A stretch of 64,000 nt of DNA from a virus: positions 3,798-67,797 of the IMG/VR virus record IMGVR_UViG_3300024492_000057. The stretch is one strand, 5' to 3'. The notes beneath the pieces were generated by a model that ran no database searches, was not told the DNA's origin, and saw only the letters and a list, made by a program, of their open reading frames with translations. Below, piece by piece: positions 9,357 to 19,041 of the stretch. Positions within the stretch are counted from its first letter, which is position 1. The number at the start of each line of letters is the position of its first letter. The position numbers and the translations under genes are program-made.

Positions 9357-9580
9357 ACCGAATTTTAAAGAATTTATTTGGTACTTTATTAGTAGTTACA
9401 TTCTATGTAGCTATGTTTAGCCAACATTGGCTACTTGGTACTGTAATGCTTCTATCTCACATTGGATATGAAGTATTTAATCATCTTGAACAAAAAGAAT
9501 TCGTAAAACAATATTTAAATCAATATCTACTAGTTGATGAAGATAAATCAGAACCCCCAGCCAGGGAAGGCAATTGTTAA
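9353..9580 (+). CDS. membrane protein
   Basis: two hydrophobic segments, GGAG RBS. Confidence 0.7.
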   Translation: MNRILKNLFGTLLVVTFYVAMFSQHWLLGTVMLLSHIGYEVFNHLEQKEFVKQYLNQYLLVDEDKSEPPAREGNC

Positions 9581-9593
9581 TTTAGAGGTAAAA

Positions 9594-10238
9594 ATGTCAG
9601 AAGTAAAACTAATTTATAAAAAAATGTCAGATGTAATGCGAGATGTTAAAGCTGTAACTAAAGATCAAAAAAATACAGCACAAGGCTTTAAATTTCGCGG
9701 TATTGATCAATTCGTAAATGCTTTATATCCAGCGCTTACAAAACACGGAGTATTCATGACTCCCTTCTGTACTCATGAAAGTCATGAGCTAAAAGAAGTA
9801 GTACGTAGTAGTGGTAAAACTGGTGTTGATAAATACGTAACTATTTATATGGCATATAATTTCTATGCTGAAGATGGTTCATATGTAACTGTAGGTCCAA
9901 TTCCCGCCGAAGGACTAGACAGTGGAGATAAAGCAACTAATAAAGCTCTATCAGCTGCACTTAAGTATGCATTAATCCAAACCTTTAGCGTACCTACTGA
10001 AGATATGGCAGAAGCTGACTTAGACAGCCCAGAAATCTCACAACCTCTACCTAAAAGCGCTACAGAAAAAGAAGTTAAACCTGTAGCTACCGCAGCTAAA
10101 TCTTCTCTTAAAGAAGAAGTAACTACTCAACCTGTTAAAGTATCTACATTCCGTAAGAATAAGCCTAGCACCACATATGCCGAACAGCTAAATCCGGGCG
10201 GTAATGGACCTAAAGAAAGCTCGGATGGTTGGGAATAA
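9594..10238 (+). CDS. ERF-family single-strand annealing protein
   Basis: K...N...GFKFRGID, GLDSGDKATNKALSAALKYAL; GAGG RBS supports start 9594. Confidence 0.88.
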   Translation: MSEVKLIYKKMSDVMRDVKAVTKDQKNTAQGFKFRGIDQFVNALYPALTKHGVFMTPFCTHESHELKEVVRSSGKTGVDKYVTIYMAYNFYAEDGSYVTVGPIPAEGLDSGDKATNKALSAALKYALIQTFSVPTEDMAEADLDSPEISQPLPKSATEKEVKPVATAAKSSLKEEVTTQPVKVSTFRKNKPSTTYAEQLNPGGNGPKESSDGWE

Positions 10239-10309
10239 TATGTCTGGCGGCGGTGGTGGAAAACCAGGTAAACCTAATGACAGTTCAATTTTAATAGGAA
10301 TTTTAATCG

Positions 10310-10804
10310 GTGGGAAATAAACTAGATAAATTAGTCGTATCACAAGAACAAGCGGAAGCTGCAGATGCACTAGACAAATCTACGGTTGAGCAGGTATATA
10401 ATCCTGCTGACGTAGAAAAACAGTTAGTAGCAGAAGAAAAAGCACGATTAGACGCATTCCTTCAGAATGAAGAAGAAATGTCACTAATGGTTATTAAACT
10501 ACTGACTCCAAAATTCAGAGCAGCCGTAGATAAACTAGGTGCACGAGCTTCTAAACGTGTATTAAAATCATTAGTCGAGTATCCACTACATGATTATACA
10601 CATAAAGAAGGCGATGAACAGGCAGCATTTACATTGGGTAAATCATTAGGCGATGCTAAAATGGTACTAATGTATCATACGTATAATCAAAATAAAGATC
10701 AGATTATCGAAATGGCCTTGCAAGATGCAGCAAAAAATGCTACCGTAGAATACGGTAACAACGAACAACAGAACGAAGATGAAAGGAAAGTAACTAATGG
10801 CTAA
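10310..10804 (+). CDS. hypothetical protein
   Basis: ORF track. Confidence 0.75.
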   Translation: MGNKLDKLVVSQEQAEAADALDKSTVEQVYNPADVEKQLVAEEKARLDAFLQNEEEMSLMVIKLLTPKFRAAVDKLGARASKRVLKSLVEYPLHDYTHKEGDEQAAFTLGKSLGDAKMVLMYHTYNQNKDQIIEMALQDAAKNATVEYGNNEQQNEDERKVTNG

Positions 10805-11066
10805 GATGAAACGCCGAGTGGTAGGTTCTATTTGTAAACCTACTGATGAAGCTAAAAAGAAGAATCCAAACGCAGTTGATTATATTAAAATGCGAGATAG
10901 CGGTAAGATCTACCGACTAGAGAGTCCAGCATATCAACTTAAATCACTAGAAGATGCAGTAGCTGCAGGTAAACTATCTGAAGACGTAGCAAACTCTGTA
11001 CGTGAACGCATTGAAAAGATCCCCTCATGGGTACGATTTGAACTAGTAGAACTAGTAGAAGAATAA
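10797..11066 (+). CDS. hypothetical protein
   Basis: AAGGA RBS, coupled ORF. Confidence 0.75.
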   Translation: MAKMKRRVVGSICKPTDEAKKKNPNAVDYIKMRDSGKIYRLESPAYQLKSLEDAVAAGKLSEDVANSVRERIEKIPSWVRFELVELVEE

Positions 11067-11135
11067 CAATTCTGAGGGTATGCAATCGCTTTAAATGGTA
11101 AGGTTTCTCCTCCCCCTACCAGCCCTCCCTTTTTA

Positions 11136-11585
11136 ATGATAATTTATTTAACAAAAGGTTTCTATACTTTAGTCGATAATGAAGATTATAGTTTTTTAAA
11201 TCAATATAAATGGTATTATAAAAACGGATATGCGGCAAGACATAATCCCGACAAATCTCCAAAGCATATTTTAATGCATAAACAAATATTAAATCAATCT
11301 AATTTTATTGATCATATTAATGGAAATAAATTAGATAATAGAAAAAGTAATCTTAGAGTTGCAACTAAATCGCAGAATGCTGCCAATAGTAGAAAAAGAA
11401 AAGGTAGTTCTAAGTTTAAAGGTGTTTATTGGGATAAAAGTAAAAATAAATGGAAAGCAGCCATTGGATTTAAAAATAAAAGAATTACAATAGGAAGATT
11501 TTCTTCAGAACTAGAAGCAGCTAAAGCATATAATAAAGCAGCAATTGAATATTTCGGTGAATTTGCAAGGTTAAACAATGTATAA
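11136..11585 (+). CDS. HNH homing endonuclease with AP2 DNA-binding domain
   Basis: IDHINGNKLDNRKSNLR; SKFKGVYWDK..KW.A.I...GRF..E.EAAKAYN; very AT-rich. Confidence 0.93.
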   Translation: MIIYLTKGFYTLVDNEDYSFLNQYKWYYKNGYAARHNPDKSPKHILMHKQILNQSNFIDHINGNKLDNRKSNLRVATKSQNAANSRKRKGSSKFKGVYWDKSKNKWKAAIGFKNKRITIGRFSSELEAAKAYNKAAIEYFGEFARLNNV

Positions 11586-11943
11586 AAATAATATCCAGTG
11601 GTTTCACGATAAACATCATAACCAAACGTTCGCGGTGGATGTAGACTTCACTAAAGAAGAATTAATTCATCTTCTAACTCAACCTCAAGAAGTTCAACGG
11701 TTGAACGTTAAAGTAGGTCAATCATTTGTACATCCAAATGATAACTACTGTAAGAAAACTGGACGAGAAGTAAGCACTGAACGACTTAAGCAACGTCGTT
11801 TATATCTATGTGCAATGTATATGGAAGATGATAGACGACTATACTTCATCTTTAACGATAAAGAATTCCTTTATAGATTTCGAGTAAGCCCAAATTCTAA
11901 ACGAGTACATCTATTAGAAGTTTCTGAATATTACGAATTTTAA
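11578..11943 (+). CDS. hypothetical protein
   Basis: ORF track. Confidence 0.75.
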   Translation: MYKNNIQWFHDKHHNQTFAVDVDFTKEELIHLLTQPQEVQRLNVKVGQSFVHPNDNYCKKTGREVSTERLKQRRLYLCAMYMEDDRRLYFIFNDKEFLYRFRVSPNSKRVHLLEVSEYYEF

Positions 11944-11961
11944 ATAAGAAAAAGAGGAGAC

Positions 11962-13899
11962 ATGCAATTGTACCAAGTTTTTAAAGAAGGTCTTTCTTCT
12001 AAGCCTAAATTTATTCCCTACCCCGGTGAACTTCCCACCTTAGACATTAACCGCGATTACTACATTTCCCTATTCCAATACGACGAAGCTCAACGTAAAC
12101 TAGCTGAAACCAAAGGTTCATTAGCCGGTATTAAGGACACTACTACTGACAAGCTTTATTTCGACTTCGACTCGAAAAATGATCTTGAAGCCGCTCGTAA
12201 AGATGCACTCACGCTTGCACAACGGCTCGTAGATCGTGGAGTAGACCCGGATGATATCCACGCAGCATTCACGGGGTCAAAGGGGTTCTCCGTTGAAATT
12301 AAGCTCAATAAACGCATCTCTAACGAACAATTCAAAGCAGCAGTACAAAAATTAGCTGGCGATCTTAAAACGTTCGATCATGTTGTAAGCGATCCTAATC
12401 GTATTGTACGTATTGATTATACTCGTCATAATAAATCCGGCAATTTAAAACTACCACTAAAAGTATATGAGCTAGATGAATGGCCACTAGAGGATATTCT
12501 AAATACTTCTAAGACAATTAAACACGTTGCCGGTTATACCCAGAAAATTAAACCTGTAGCGCTTCAAGACGATCTATTCATCATACCTCAAAAGAAAAAA
12601 GAAAAGGTTGAAATTACTGGAGATTTAGAAGAAGCTCTAGAACGTCTTCCTAAAGGTTGGAAGAATTACAAGTGGGCACTAGCTAGCGGTTTCTTTGAAC
12701 CTGGCGAACGTCACAACGCTCTAATGGTAATCGCTGCTACCTGTAGAGGTCTAGGATACGACAAAGATACAGCTTACTATATCTGTAAAGCTGCAATGAA
12801 AAAGCAAGCAGCTCGAAGCGGATCCGATGAATTTCCTAAAGACGAGTTATACGAGAATATCATCGATAAGTCTGTATATTCTGATAACTGGGAAGGTGGA
12901 CAATACTCCCCACAGACTAACCCTTGGTTAAAATCCTATTGTGAACGAATGGGATTCGAAGTTAAGAAGGAAGAAGAAACTAAAGCTCGACGTATTCAAG
13001 ATATTCAAGACGAATTTAAGAATTTCGTTGAAAATATTGAAGAAAATACGATTCTAACCGGAATTCCTTGTCTAGATCAGGCAATGCCGATTACTATCGG
13101 AATGAATTTAGGGATTGTAGGCGCTGCTAGCTCCGGTAAAACTGCATTGGCTCTAGAAATCCTTAAGAATACCAGTAAAGCTGGAATTGTATCTGTATTT
13201 GCTAGTCTAGACATGCATAGAAATCGTTTATTTGAAAAACTACTATACAAAACTACCGGATTAAGCAGAGGAGAGCTATATGCAAAAGTCCAAGCAGGAG
13301 AAATCGAAGAAATTACCAAGAAAATCAAAGAAGATTATGCAAACGTCTGGTTTTACGACAGAAGTTGCCCTACAGTTGGTAACATTAGGGAATATATTGA
13401 GGAGGTCGAAGCTGAAACCGGGAAAAAAGTTAAACTCGTTATGCTCGATTATTTCGAACGAGTTAACTCAGATAAGTCAGAAGATACAGCAGCTTCAAAA
13501 GATATCGCAGGACAGCTCCAGGACGTAGTAAATGACTTCAACGTTGCAATGGTTACCCTTGTACAGCCTAACAAATTCAGTCTGGGGAGTGGACCCGACA
13601 AGCCAATTAAGAGTTACACAGCTATTAAAGGATCAAGCTTCTTATACCAATCCTTTCGTAGTATTGTCTCTATCTGGCGACCATTCTTTACCCCGGAAAC
13701 CGTTGACAAAGACAAGTTTCTACAAATGGCGATCCTCAAGAACGACCTTGGAGAGCTTGGAATGTTTAACTTCGCCTGGTCAGGAAAACGCGGAGAAATC
13801 CGAGAAGTAACTGAAGAAGAAGAAGCGGAATTGAATTACCTATTAGAGCAGAAGAAAGCTGCTGAAAGCAATGCTAAATCAGAAAGTGGCTGGGAATAA
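11962..13899 (+). CDS. primase-helicase: AEP primase domain fused to DnaB-like SF4 helicase
   Basis: YFDFD and FTGSKGF primase motifs, GERHNAL, Walker A GAASSGKT, LDYF, LVQ, LKN. Confidence 0.87.
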   Translation: MQLYQVFKEGLSSKPKFIPYPGELPTLDINRDYYISLFQYDEAQRKLAETKGSLAGIKDTTTDKLYFDFDSKNDLEAARKDALTLAQRLVDRGVDPDDIHAAFTGSKGFSVEIKLNKRISNEQFKAAVQKLAGDLKTFDHVVSDPNRIVRIDYTRHNKSGNLKLPLKVYELDEWPLEDILNTSKTIKHVAGYTQKIKPVALQDDLFIIPQKKKEKVEITGDLEEALERLPKGWKNYKWALASGFFEPGERHNALMVIAATCRGLGYDKDTAYYICKAAMKKQAARSGSDEFPKDELYENIIDKSVYSDNWEGGQYSPQTNPWLKSYCERMGFEVKKEEETKARRIQDIQDEFKNFVENIEENTILTGIPCLDQAMPITIGMNLGIVGAASSGKTALALEILKNTSKAGIVSVFASLDMHRNRLFEKLLYKTTGLSRGELYAKVQAGEIEEITKKIKEDYANVWFYDRSCPTVGNIREYIEEVEAETGKKVKLVMLDYFERVNSDKSEDTAASKDIAGQLQDVVNDFNVAMVTLVQPNKFSLGSGPDKPIKSYTAIKGSSFLYQSFRSIVSIWRPFFTPETVDKDKFLQMAILKNDLGELGMFNFAWSGKRGEIREVTEEEEAELNYLLEQKKAAESNAKSESGWE

Positions 13900-14081
13900 T
13901 GGAACCAAATGCAGCATTCGCTAGTATACTTATTCATGTTATTATTAAGGATATTAAAGAACAAACTGGACAAGAAGTTTCATATGAATTTCAAAAAGCT
14001 TGGACAGATTTAGCTTATAATTTCATGAAACAAAGGTTCGATGCTGGTGAAGAATTAGGGAGATCGTATGAAAAGAAGTGA
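13899..14081 (+). CDS. hypothetical protein
   Basis: TAATG coupling. Confidence 0.65.
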   Translation: MEPNAAFASILIHVIIKDIKEQTGQEVSYEFQKAWTDLAYNFMKQRFDAGEELGRSYEKK

Positions 14082-14295
14082 AATGATTAATAAATTTGCA
14101 ACTCTAATAGATAAATGCTCTCTACCCGGAGAATGGAACCATAAAGCATCGCTAGAAGCTGCAAAAGAACTTCTAGACCAATTAGAAGAAGCCGGAATGA
14201 ATCCACCGACAAATGAAGCGAGAAGTTTTAAATTATTAGATTCTGGTGAAATGACATATAATGTTACAGCATGGGATCCTGAAGATGAAGCGTAG
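14068..14295 (+). CDS. hypothetical protein (paralog of next gene)
   Basis: MKRS...A.ELL.QLE..GM.PP...WD.E. Confidence 0.75.
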   Translation: MKRSEMINKFATLIDKCSLPGEWNHKASLEAAKELLDQLEEAGMNPPTNEARSFKLLDSGEMTYNVTAWDPEDEA

Positions 14296-14509
14296 TCAAA
14301 TAATTGATATTATTTCAGATTACTTTATTGATTATTCATATGATATTAAATTTGGCGATGCTAATGCTGAATTAAGAGCAGAGGAACTACTTAATCAATT
14401 AGAAGATTTAGGAATGAAACCCCCTCTAACTAACTGTAAAATGGTAGAAGATACGTATAACGGAGGAACCAAACATGGACCAGTTGAGCATAAGTGGGAT
14501 GAAGAATAA
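14285..14509 (+). CDS. hypothetical protein (paralog of previous gene)
   Basis: start refined to MKRSQII by paralogy. Confidence 0.75.
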   Translation: MKRSQIIDIISDYFIDYSYDIKFGDANAELRAEELLNQLEDLGMKPPLTNCKMVEDTYNGGTKHGPVEHKWDEE

Positions 14510-14723
14510 AAAAGTCAAAGCTACCTCATATGTAAAATCTTTAGAACAAAGATTCGGCGGTAAATGGAAACTTAATCGGTCAGCTGGCCAATGGGAATGC
14601 GATGATGACATTAGATATGTTTGTAATGTTTTAACTGGTACAGATTTTAATGGAGATTATACAGGGAATACATGTAAGTGCATGTATTTTAATGACGGCC
14701 GTACACCAAAATGGATAGGTTAA
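14499..14723 (+). CDS. hypothetical protein
   Basis: ORF track, start refined to second ATG. Confidence 0.6.
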   Translation: MKNKKVKATSYVKSLEQRFGGKWKLNRSAGQWECDDDIRYVCNVLTGTDFNGDYTGNTCKCMYFNDGRTPKWIG

Positions 14724-14724
14724 A

Positions 14725-14898
14725 ATGAAATATAAAATTCATATTATATATTCAGGTCATGCAGATTTGCGTTATTATATAACTGATTACTATAATGCTT
14801 TTACTTATGGATGTTCGTTTATAACTGATAAAAAAGAGTTATTTATTCCTTGGACAAACGTTACGCACATAGAGGAGTATCATGAAGAAACCAAATAA
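14725..14898 (+). CDS. hypothetical protein, 57 aa (not in ORF track)
   Basis: fills gap between neighbours, AGG upstream. Confidence 0.5.
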   Translation: MKYKIHIIYSGHADLRYYITDYYNAFTYGCSFITDKKELFIPWTNVTHIEEYHEETK

Positions 14899-15196
14899 TA
14901 TATTCTTTGAAACATTCGTGGGAGAATTTGTTGAAATCGTTCAAGATTTCGAAATTACTCAATCTATATCAATTACAGACGATGGACCACAAGAATTACG
15001 AGTTCCTATGACCGTAGCTGGATTTGTAATGGATTGTGACGATAGGTTCGTATATCTAGGACCAGATGGTGAAAGTGTTAATCAGGCATTACCTATTAGC
15101 ACTATTAAACATATTGGTATTGTTGATGTAAAAGATCCGCTAGTTGAAGCTCTTGAAGATTTACCCGACCCAGAAGATAAGAAGAATTACAATTGA
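14882..15196 (+). CDS. hypothetical protein, possible Sm-like beta-barrel
   Basis: GAGGAG RBS; VGEFVEI...GFVMDCDD..VYL...I.HI pattern. Confidence 0.65.
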   Translation: MKKPNNIFFETFVGEFVEIVQDFEITQSISITDDGPQELRVPMTVAGFVMDCDDRFVYLGPDGESVNQALPISTIKHIGIVDVKDPLVEALEDLPDPEDKKNYN

Positions 15197-15201
15197 AACA
15201 G

Positions 15202-15230
15202 TTGACAAAATCATCAAATTAAGCTATATT
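15202..15230 (+). promoter_or_regulatory. sigma70-type promoter
   Basis: TTGACA-N17-TATATT, 6 nt before ATG 15237. Confidence 0.75.
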
Positions 15231-15236
15231 TATATA

Positions 15237-15416
15237 ATGAATAAAAACATTGAAATCGTTCTAACTAAAGATCAATATGGTGTAACCGCTTCTAATAAAA
15301 CTAAAGGAGTTATTGATTATTTCGATGATTCTGATGAAGGAAGGAAAGCATTCGTTCAATTCATGATTAGTGAATTCATTAATCAAGAAGTTGAAAATGG
15401 TGCTAAATATCGTTAA
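15237..15416 (+). CDS. hypothetical protein, probably leaderless
   Basis: ATG at predicted transcription start; the upstream extension in the ORF track overlaps the promoter. Confidence 0.65.
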   Translation: MNKNIEIVLTKDQYGVTASNKTKGVIDYFDDSDEGRKAFVQFMISEFINQEVENGAKYR

Positions 15417-15418
15417 TT

Positions 15419-15601
15419 ATGTCAATGCGAATCTGTTGTGGAACCGACCAACACAAACCCCATAGACCAGACTGTGAACGCGAAATTGAATGGCGTAGGC
15501 GACAAAATGAACGAGATAGAGAAGCTCGTAAACGGCAAGGACAAAACCGAAAAGGTCGTCAGCGTGGAGATAAAAGATCACCAAGCGACCCTATTTATTG
15601 A
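15419..15601 (+). CDS. small basic protein with CC..H..C motif, overlapping polymerase start
   Basis: ATG 3 nt after previous stop. Confidence 0.45.
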   Translation: MSMRICCGTDQHKPHRPDCEREIEWRRRQNERDREARKRQGQNRKGRQRGDKRSPSDPIY

Positions 15602-17027
15602 AAATAATGGCGAAGTTACTGAAAAAATCATCAAAAATCGCTTCTATGTCCTTGTACCTACACCTATTAGAGGATCGGTTAAACTGGGCGGAAATCTGTA
15701 TTACAAGTACGGATTACAGTTTTCGAAGAAAGATGAGTGGAATAAGTGTATTCAAGATCTCAGACGACGAAGAACCGATCTGTATGCCTGCTTTAATGAA
15801 AAAGAAGCACTATTAATTAAGGATGGAATCACTTATTTCAAGGGAATGAAGCATACCGAGCCTTCAATCCTATCATTTGATATTGAATCTACTGGATTAT
15901 TTCATAATAACGATTCAAAAGTTCTACTTATATCCAATACATATCGAAACCAAGGAAAAGTAGAAAGAAAGTTATTTGCCTATGATGATTATAATTCACA
16001 AGGCGAAATGCTTATCGCTTGGGCTAAATGGGTAAAAACTTGTAATCCGGCGATAATCTGCGCCCATAACGGTTATAGTTTCGATTTACCTTATATTAAT
16101 TATATCGCTCAAAAAGAGGGAGTAGAATTAAAACTAGGACGAGATGATTCTCCGTTATATATTTCAGAAAAACCTTCTAAATTTCGAATTGACGGTAGCC
16201 GTGAACAAGAATACCACAAAGTAAAAGTCTACGGTAGAGAAGTTATTGATACATACTTCCTAGCCATTAAGCACGATATTGTCGCTAAAAAGTATGAAAG
16301 CTACGGACTAAAGCAAATTATTAAAGCTGAAGGGCTAGAGAAAAAAGATCGAGTCCATTATGACAGCTCTCAAATTCGATTTAATTACACCAATCCAACC
16401 GAGTGGGAAAAGATTAAAGAATACTGTATACACGATGCAGATGATGCATTAGCTGTATACGATCTTACCGCACCTGCCACATTCTATCTAACACAATCAA
16501 TTCCTAAACCTTTTCAAGCGATGGTTGAATCTGCAACAGGTTCACAAATCAACGTTATGATGATCCGAAGTTACCTTCAGGATGGTCATAGTATTCCTAA
16601 ACCGGATCCTATGGAAAAGTTCCCTGGAGCTATTTCACTGGGTAATCCCGGTGTATATAATAATTGCTTAAAATGGGACGTAGCATCTCTTTATCCATCT
16701 ATTATCTTAACATATAAAGTATATGATCAAGATAAAGATCCTAATGGAAACTTCCTCAAGATTATAGAAAAGCTAACCGAAGAACGACTAAAGAATAAAA
16801 GACTAGCTAAAGAAACCGGGGATCCTTATTACGAAGGATTACAGAACGCTCAGAAAATTGTTATTAACTCAGGGTATGGATTTTTAGGAGCTAGCGGATT
16901 ACATTTTAATTGTAGAGAAGCTGCAGATTTTATTACCGCTAAGGGAAGAGAAATTCTAACAACCGCGATCGAATGGGCAACTAAAGAAAAGTTTATTTGG
17001 GAAGCTACGGCGCACGATGACCTTTAA
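15507..17027 (+). CDS. family B DNA polymerase, N-terminal part (3'-5' exonuclease, motifs A and B)
   Basis: FDIE, HNGYSFDLPY, YC..D; WDVASLYPS; KIVINSGYG; ORF open from 15438, ATG 15507 preferred. Confidence 0.92.
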   Translation: MNEIEKLVNGKDKTEKVVSVEIKDHQATLFIENNGEVTEKIIKNRFYVLVPTPIRGSVKLGGNLYYKYGLQFSKKDEWNKCIQDLRRRRTDLYACFNEKEALLIKDGITYFKGMKHTEPSILSFDIESTGLFHNNDSKVLLISNTYRNQGKVERKLFAYDDYNSQGEMLIAWAKWVKTCNPAIICAHNGYSFDLPYINYIAQKEGVELKLGRDDSPLYISEKPSKFRIDGSREQEYHKVKVYGREVIDTYFLAIKHDIVAKKYESYGLKQIIKAEGLEKKDRVHYDSSQIRFNYTNPTEWEKIKEYCIHDADDALAVYDLTAPATFYLTQSIPKPFQAMVESATGSQINVMMIRSYLQDGHSIPKPDPMEKFPGAISLGNPGVYNNCLKWDVASLYPSIILTYKVYDQDKDPNGNFLKIIEKLTEERLKNKRLAKETGDPYYEGLQNAQKIVINSGYGFLGASGLHFNCREAADFITAKGREILTTAIEWATKEKFIWEATAHDDL

Positions 17028-17694
17028 ATTAGTAAACGCAGATACAGACAGTATTACGATATGTAAACCAGATGGTTCACCGTTCTCAGAAGAAGAACAA
17101 AAGAAGTATCTTGAACAACTAAACGCCTTATTTCCATCAACTATATCATGGGAAGATGACGGATATTATAAAAAAGTAGTAGTTTTAAAAGCAAAGAACT
17201 ATATCACTCAAACTCAAAAAGATAAAGTTAAAATCAAAGGTAGTGCATTAAAAGCCACTTCAAAATCCCCTGCGATGAAAGAAATGATTAATCGTATTAT
17301 TCAATCAATCTTGGATAATAAAAATGATTTTCAGGATATATACCATGAATATATTAAAGAAGCTTGTAATGTAAAAGACATTAAACGTTGGTCATCCCGT
17401 AAAACTATTAGCGAAAAGACACTCAATTCCCAACGTACAAACGAATCTAAAATACGAGATGCTATTGAAGGAACTGAAATTGTAGAAGGTGACCGTTGCT
17501 GGCTATATTTCGATAAAGACGATAACCTTAAGCTAGCTGAACAATTCGATGGTAATTATAACGTTGACAAATTGCTTCAGAATTGCTACGATACTATATG
17601 GGTATTCGAAAGCATATTAGATTGCGATACTCTATTTAAAAACTTTAAGCTTAAACGTAATAAAAAAGATCTAGAGGTATTATTAAATGGATAA
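17017..17694 (+). CDS. family B DNA polymerase, C-terminal part (motif C and thumb)
   Basis: NADTDS, KAKNY, KIKG. Confidence 0.9.
   Translation: MTFKLVNADTDSITICKPDGSPFSEEEQKKYLEQLNALFPSTISWEDDGYYKKVVVLKAKNYITQTQKDKVKIKGSALKATSKSPAMKEMINRIIQSILDNKNDFQDIYHEYIKEACNVKDIKRWSSRKTISEKTLNSQRTNESKIRDAIEGTEIVEGDRCWLYFDKDDNLKLAEQFDGNYNVDKLLQNCYDTIWVFESILDCDTLFKNFKLKRNKKDLEVLLNG
17564..17592 (+). promoter_or_regulatory. internal sigma70-type promoter
   Basis: TTGACA-N17-TACGAT. Confidence 0.5.
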
Positions 17695-17908
17695 TATTGA
17701 AGCATTACAACTTATAGTAGCTATAACTACATATTGTGAAGGTCCTGGACGTAATTTTGAACAAAGTATGTATATGACCCAAGCTGGAGCTTCAACTCAT
17801 TGTTTTGAAAAAATATGGAAATGTGGACATAACGTAACAGATGCCTCAGTTATTTCACTACAAACACATAATTGTATAACTAAACATATTAATGGAAACA
17901 TTAAATGA
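17687..17908 (+). CDS. hypothetical protein
   Basis: GAGG RBS. Confidence 0.65.
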   Translation: MDNIEALQLIVAITTYCEGPGRNFEQSMYMTQAGASTHCFEKIWKCGHNVTDASVISLQTHNCITKHINGNIK

Positions 17909-18216
17909 TAGACGCAACGAATAAAATGTTACAAGAAGTTATCACTGATATAGCTAAACAACAAGAGAATCTTATTCTAGAGCAACTAGGAGAATTAATC
18001 ACTAGAGGACTATTAGTAGTTGAAAAAACTGAACCAGTATTAACTGGCGGATGGGAACGAGATAGAGACAAGTATACAGTTAAACTAGAACAAAAAATTC
18101 GACTTGTATTAAAAGATCAAGAGTATATTGAAAAGCTTGAAGCTGAAAATGCTGAATATAAAGATTTAATTAAGCGTCTTAATGAAGCATTAGAAAGGCA
18201 ATTAAAGAATGGATAA
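17905..18216 (+). CDS. hypothetical coiled-coil protein
   Basis: ORF track. Confidence 0.7.
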   Translation: MIDATNKMLQEVITDIAKQQENLILEQLGELITRGLLVVEKTEPVLTGGWERDRDKYTVKLEQKIRLVLKDQEYIEKLEAENAEYKDLIKRLNEALERQLKNG

Positions 18217-18655
18217 AAAAGAAGTTGGCGTAAAAAACGATGGCGATAAACCCGATCTATCGCTAGTTCCAACAGAAGCTATCTTCGAAATGGCTAAAGC
18301 ATTAACCTTCGGAGCTAAAAAATACTCACGTTATAACTTCAGAAATGGCATGGATATTTCTAGACCACTAGCAGCATCGCTACGTCATATCTATCAGTTT
18401 CTAGATGGTCAGGATATTGATGAAGAGACGCAATGTATACATCTTGGAAATGCAATGGCCGGATTAGCCATGGCGTTATGGATTTATAAAAATAAACCGG
18501 AGTTTGATAATAGGTATAAAAAACCTAAAGAACAGGAAGAAGAAGGTATTTTTCATTGTAGAAAATGTAATGAAGAGGTTTATATATCGGAAAAAGAATT
18601 TGGTAACCTTTCTGAAATTAAATCTGTACTTTGTAGTGATTGTTTAAACAAATGA
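18209..18655 (+). CDS. dATP/dGTP diphosphohydrolase domain (DUF5664-like) protein with C-terminal zinc finger
   Basis: GVKNDGDKPDLSLVP...GAKKY..YN.R.G...A.LRH...DEET...HL; CxxC..CxxC tail. Confidence 0.82.
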   Translation: MDKKEVGVKNDGDKPDLSLVPTEAIFEMAKALTFGAKKYSRYNFRNGMDISRPLAASLRHIYQFLDGQDIDEETQCIHLGNAMAGLAMALWIYKNKPEFDNRYKKPKEQEEEGIFHCRKCNEEVYISEKEFGNLSEIKSVLCSDCLNK

Positions 18656-19041
18656 GTTATGAACTTAAATGGTTAGAAGGAGAACCTTCACTAATTAATG
18701 ACGATACTCTATACGATATCGATAAAGCTAAACAAAAGTACGAAGTAGTTCCATTAGATGAACTAGGTTGGTTAATTATCAATGATTCAGATCCATATGA
18801 TAAAGGGGTTAAATACAGCGGTTGGATGAAATTTGCCGTGTTAACATTCGCTACCTCAAATTGTGATGGAAGTGAGGCTAAAGGCGCATTAATATGTCAC
18901 GGAGAAGGACCAAGCGCTTCTCTTAGAGAATGTCGTCATACATACTGGGGAGAAGCTAGTAATGGATATCTATTCTACTTTCAACCTAAATTAATAACAT
19001 TAGCATTTAAAGAATTAGAACGATTCTATGACTTCTATTAA
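18652..19041 (+). CDS. hypothetical protein
   Basis: ATGA coupling. Confidence 0.7.
   Translation: MSYELKWLEGEPSLINDDTLYDIDKAKQKYEVVPLDELGWLIINDSDPYDKGVKYSGWMKFAVLTFATSNCDGSEAKGALICHGEGPSASLRECRHTYWGEASNGYLFYFQPKLITLAFKELERFYDFY

Noticed and set aside
18209-18655. Aminoadenine (Z) or other base-modified genome
   Set aside because: No PurZ or other modification enzymes recognised in the window; this domain also occurs without them
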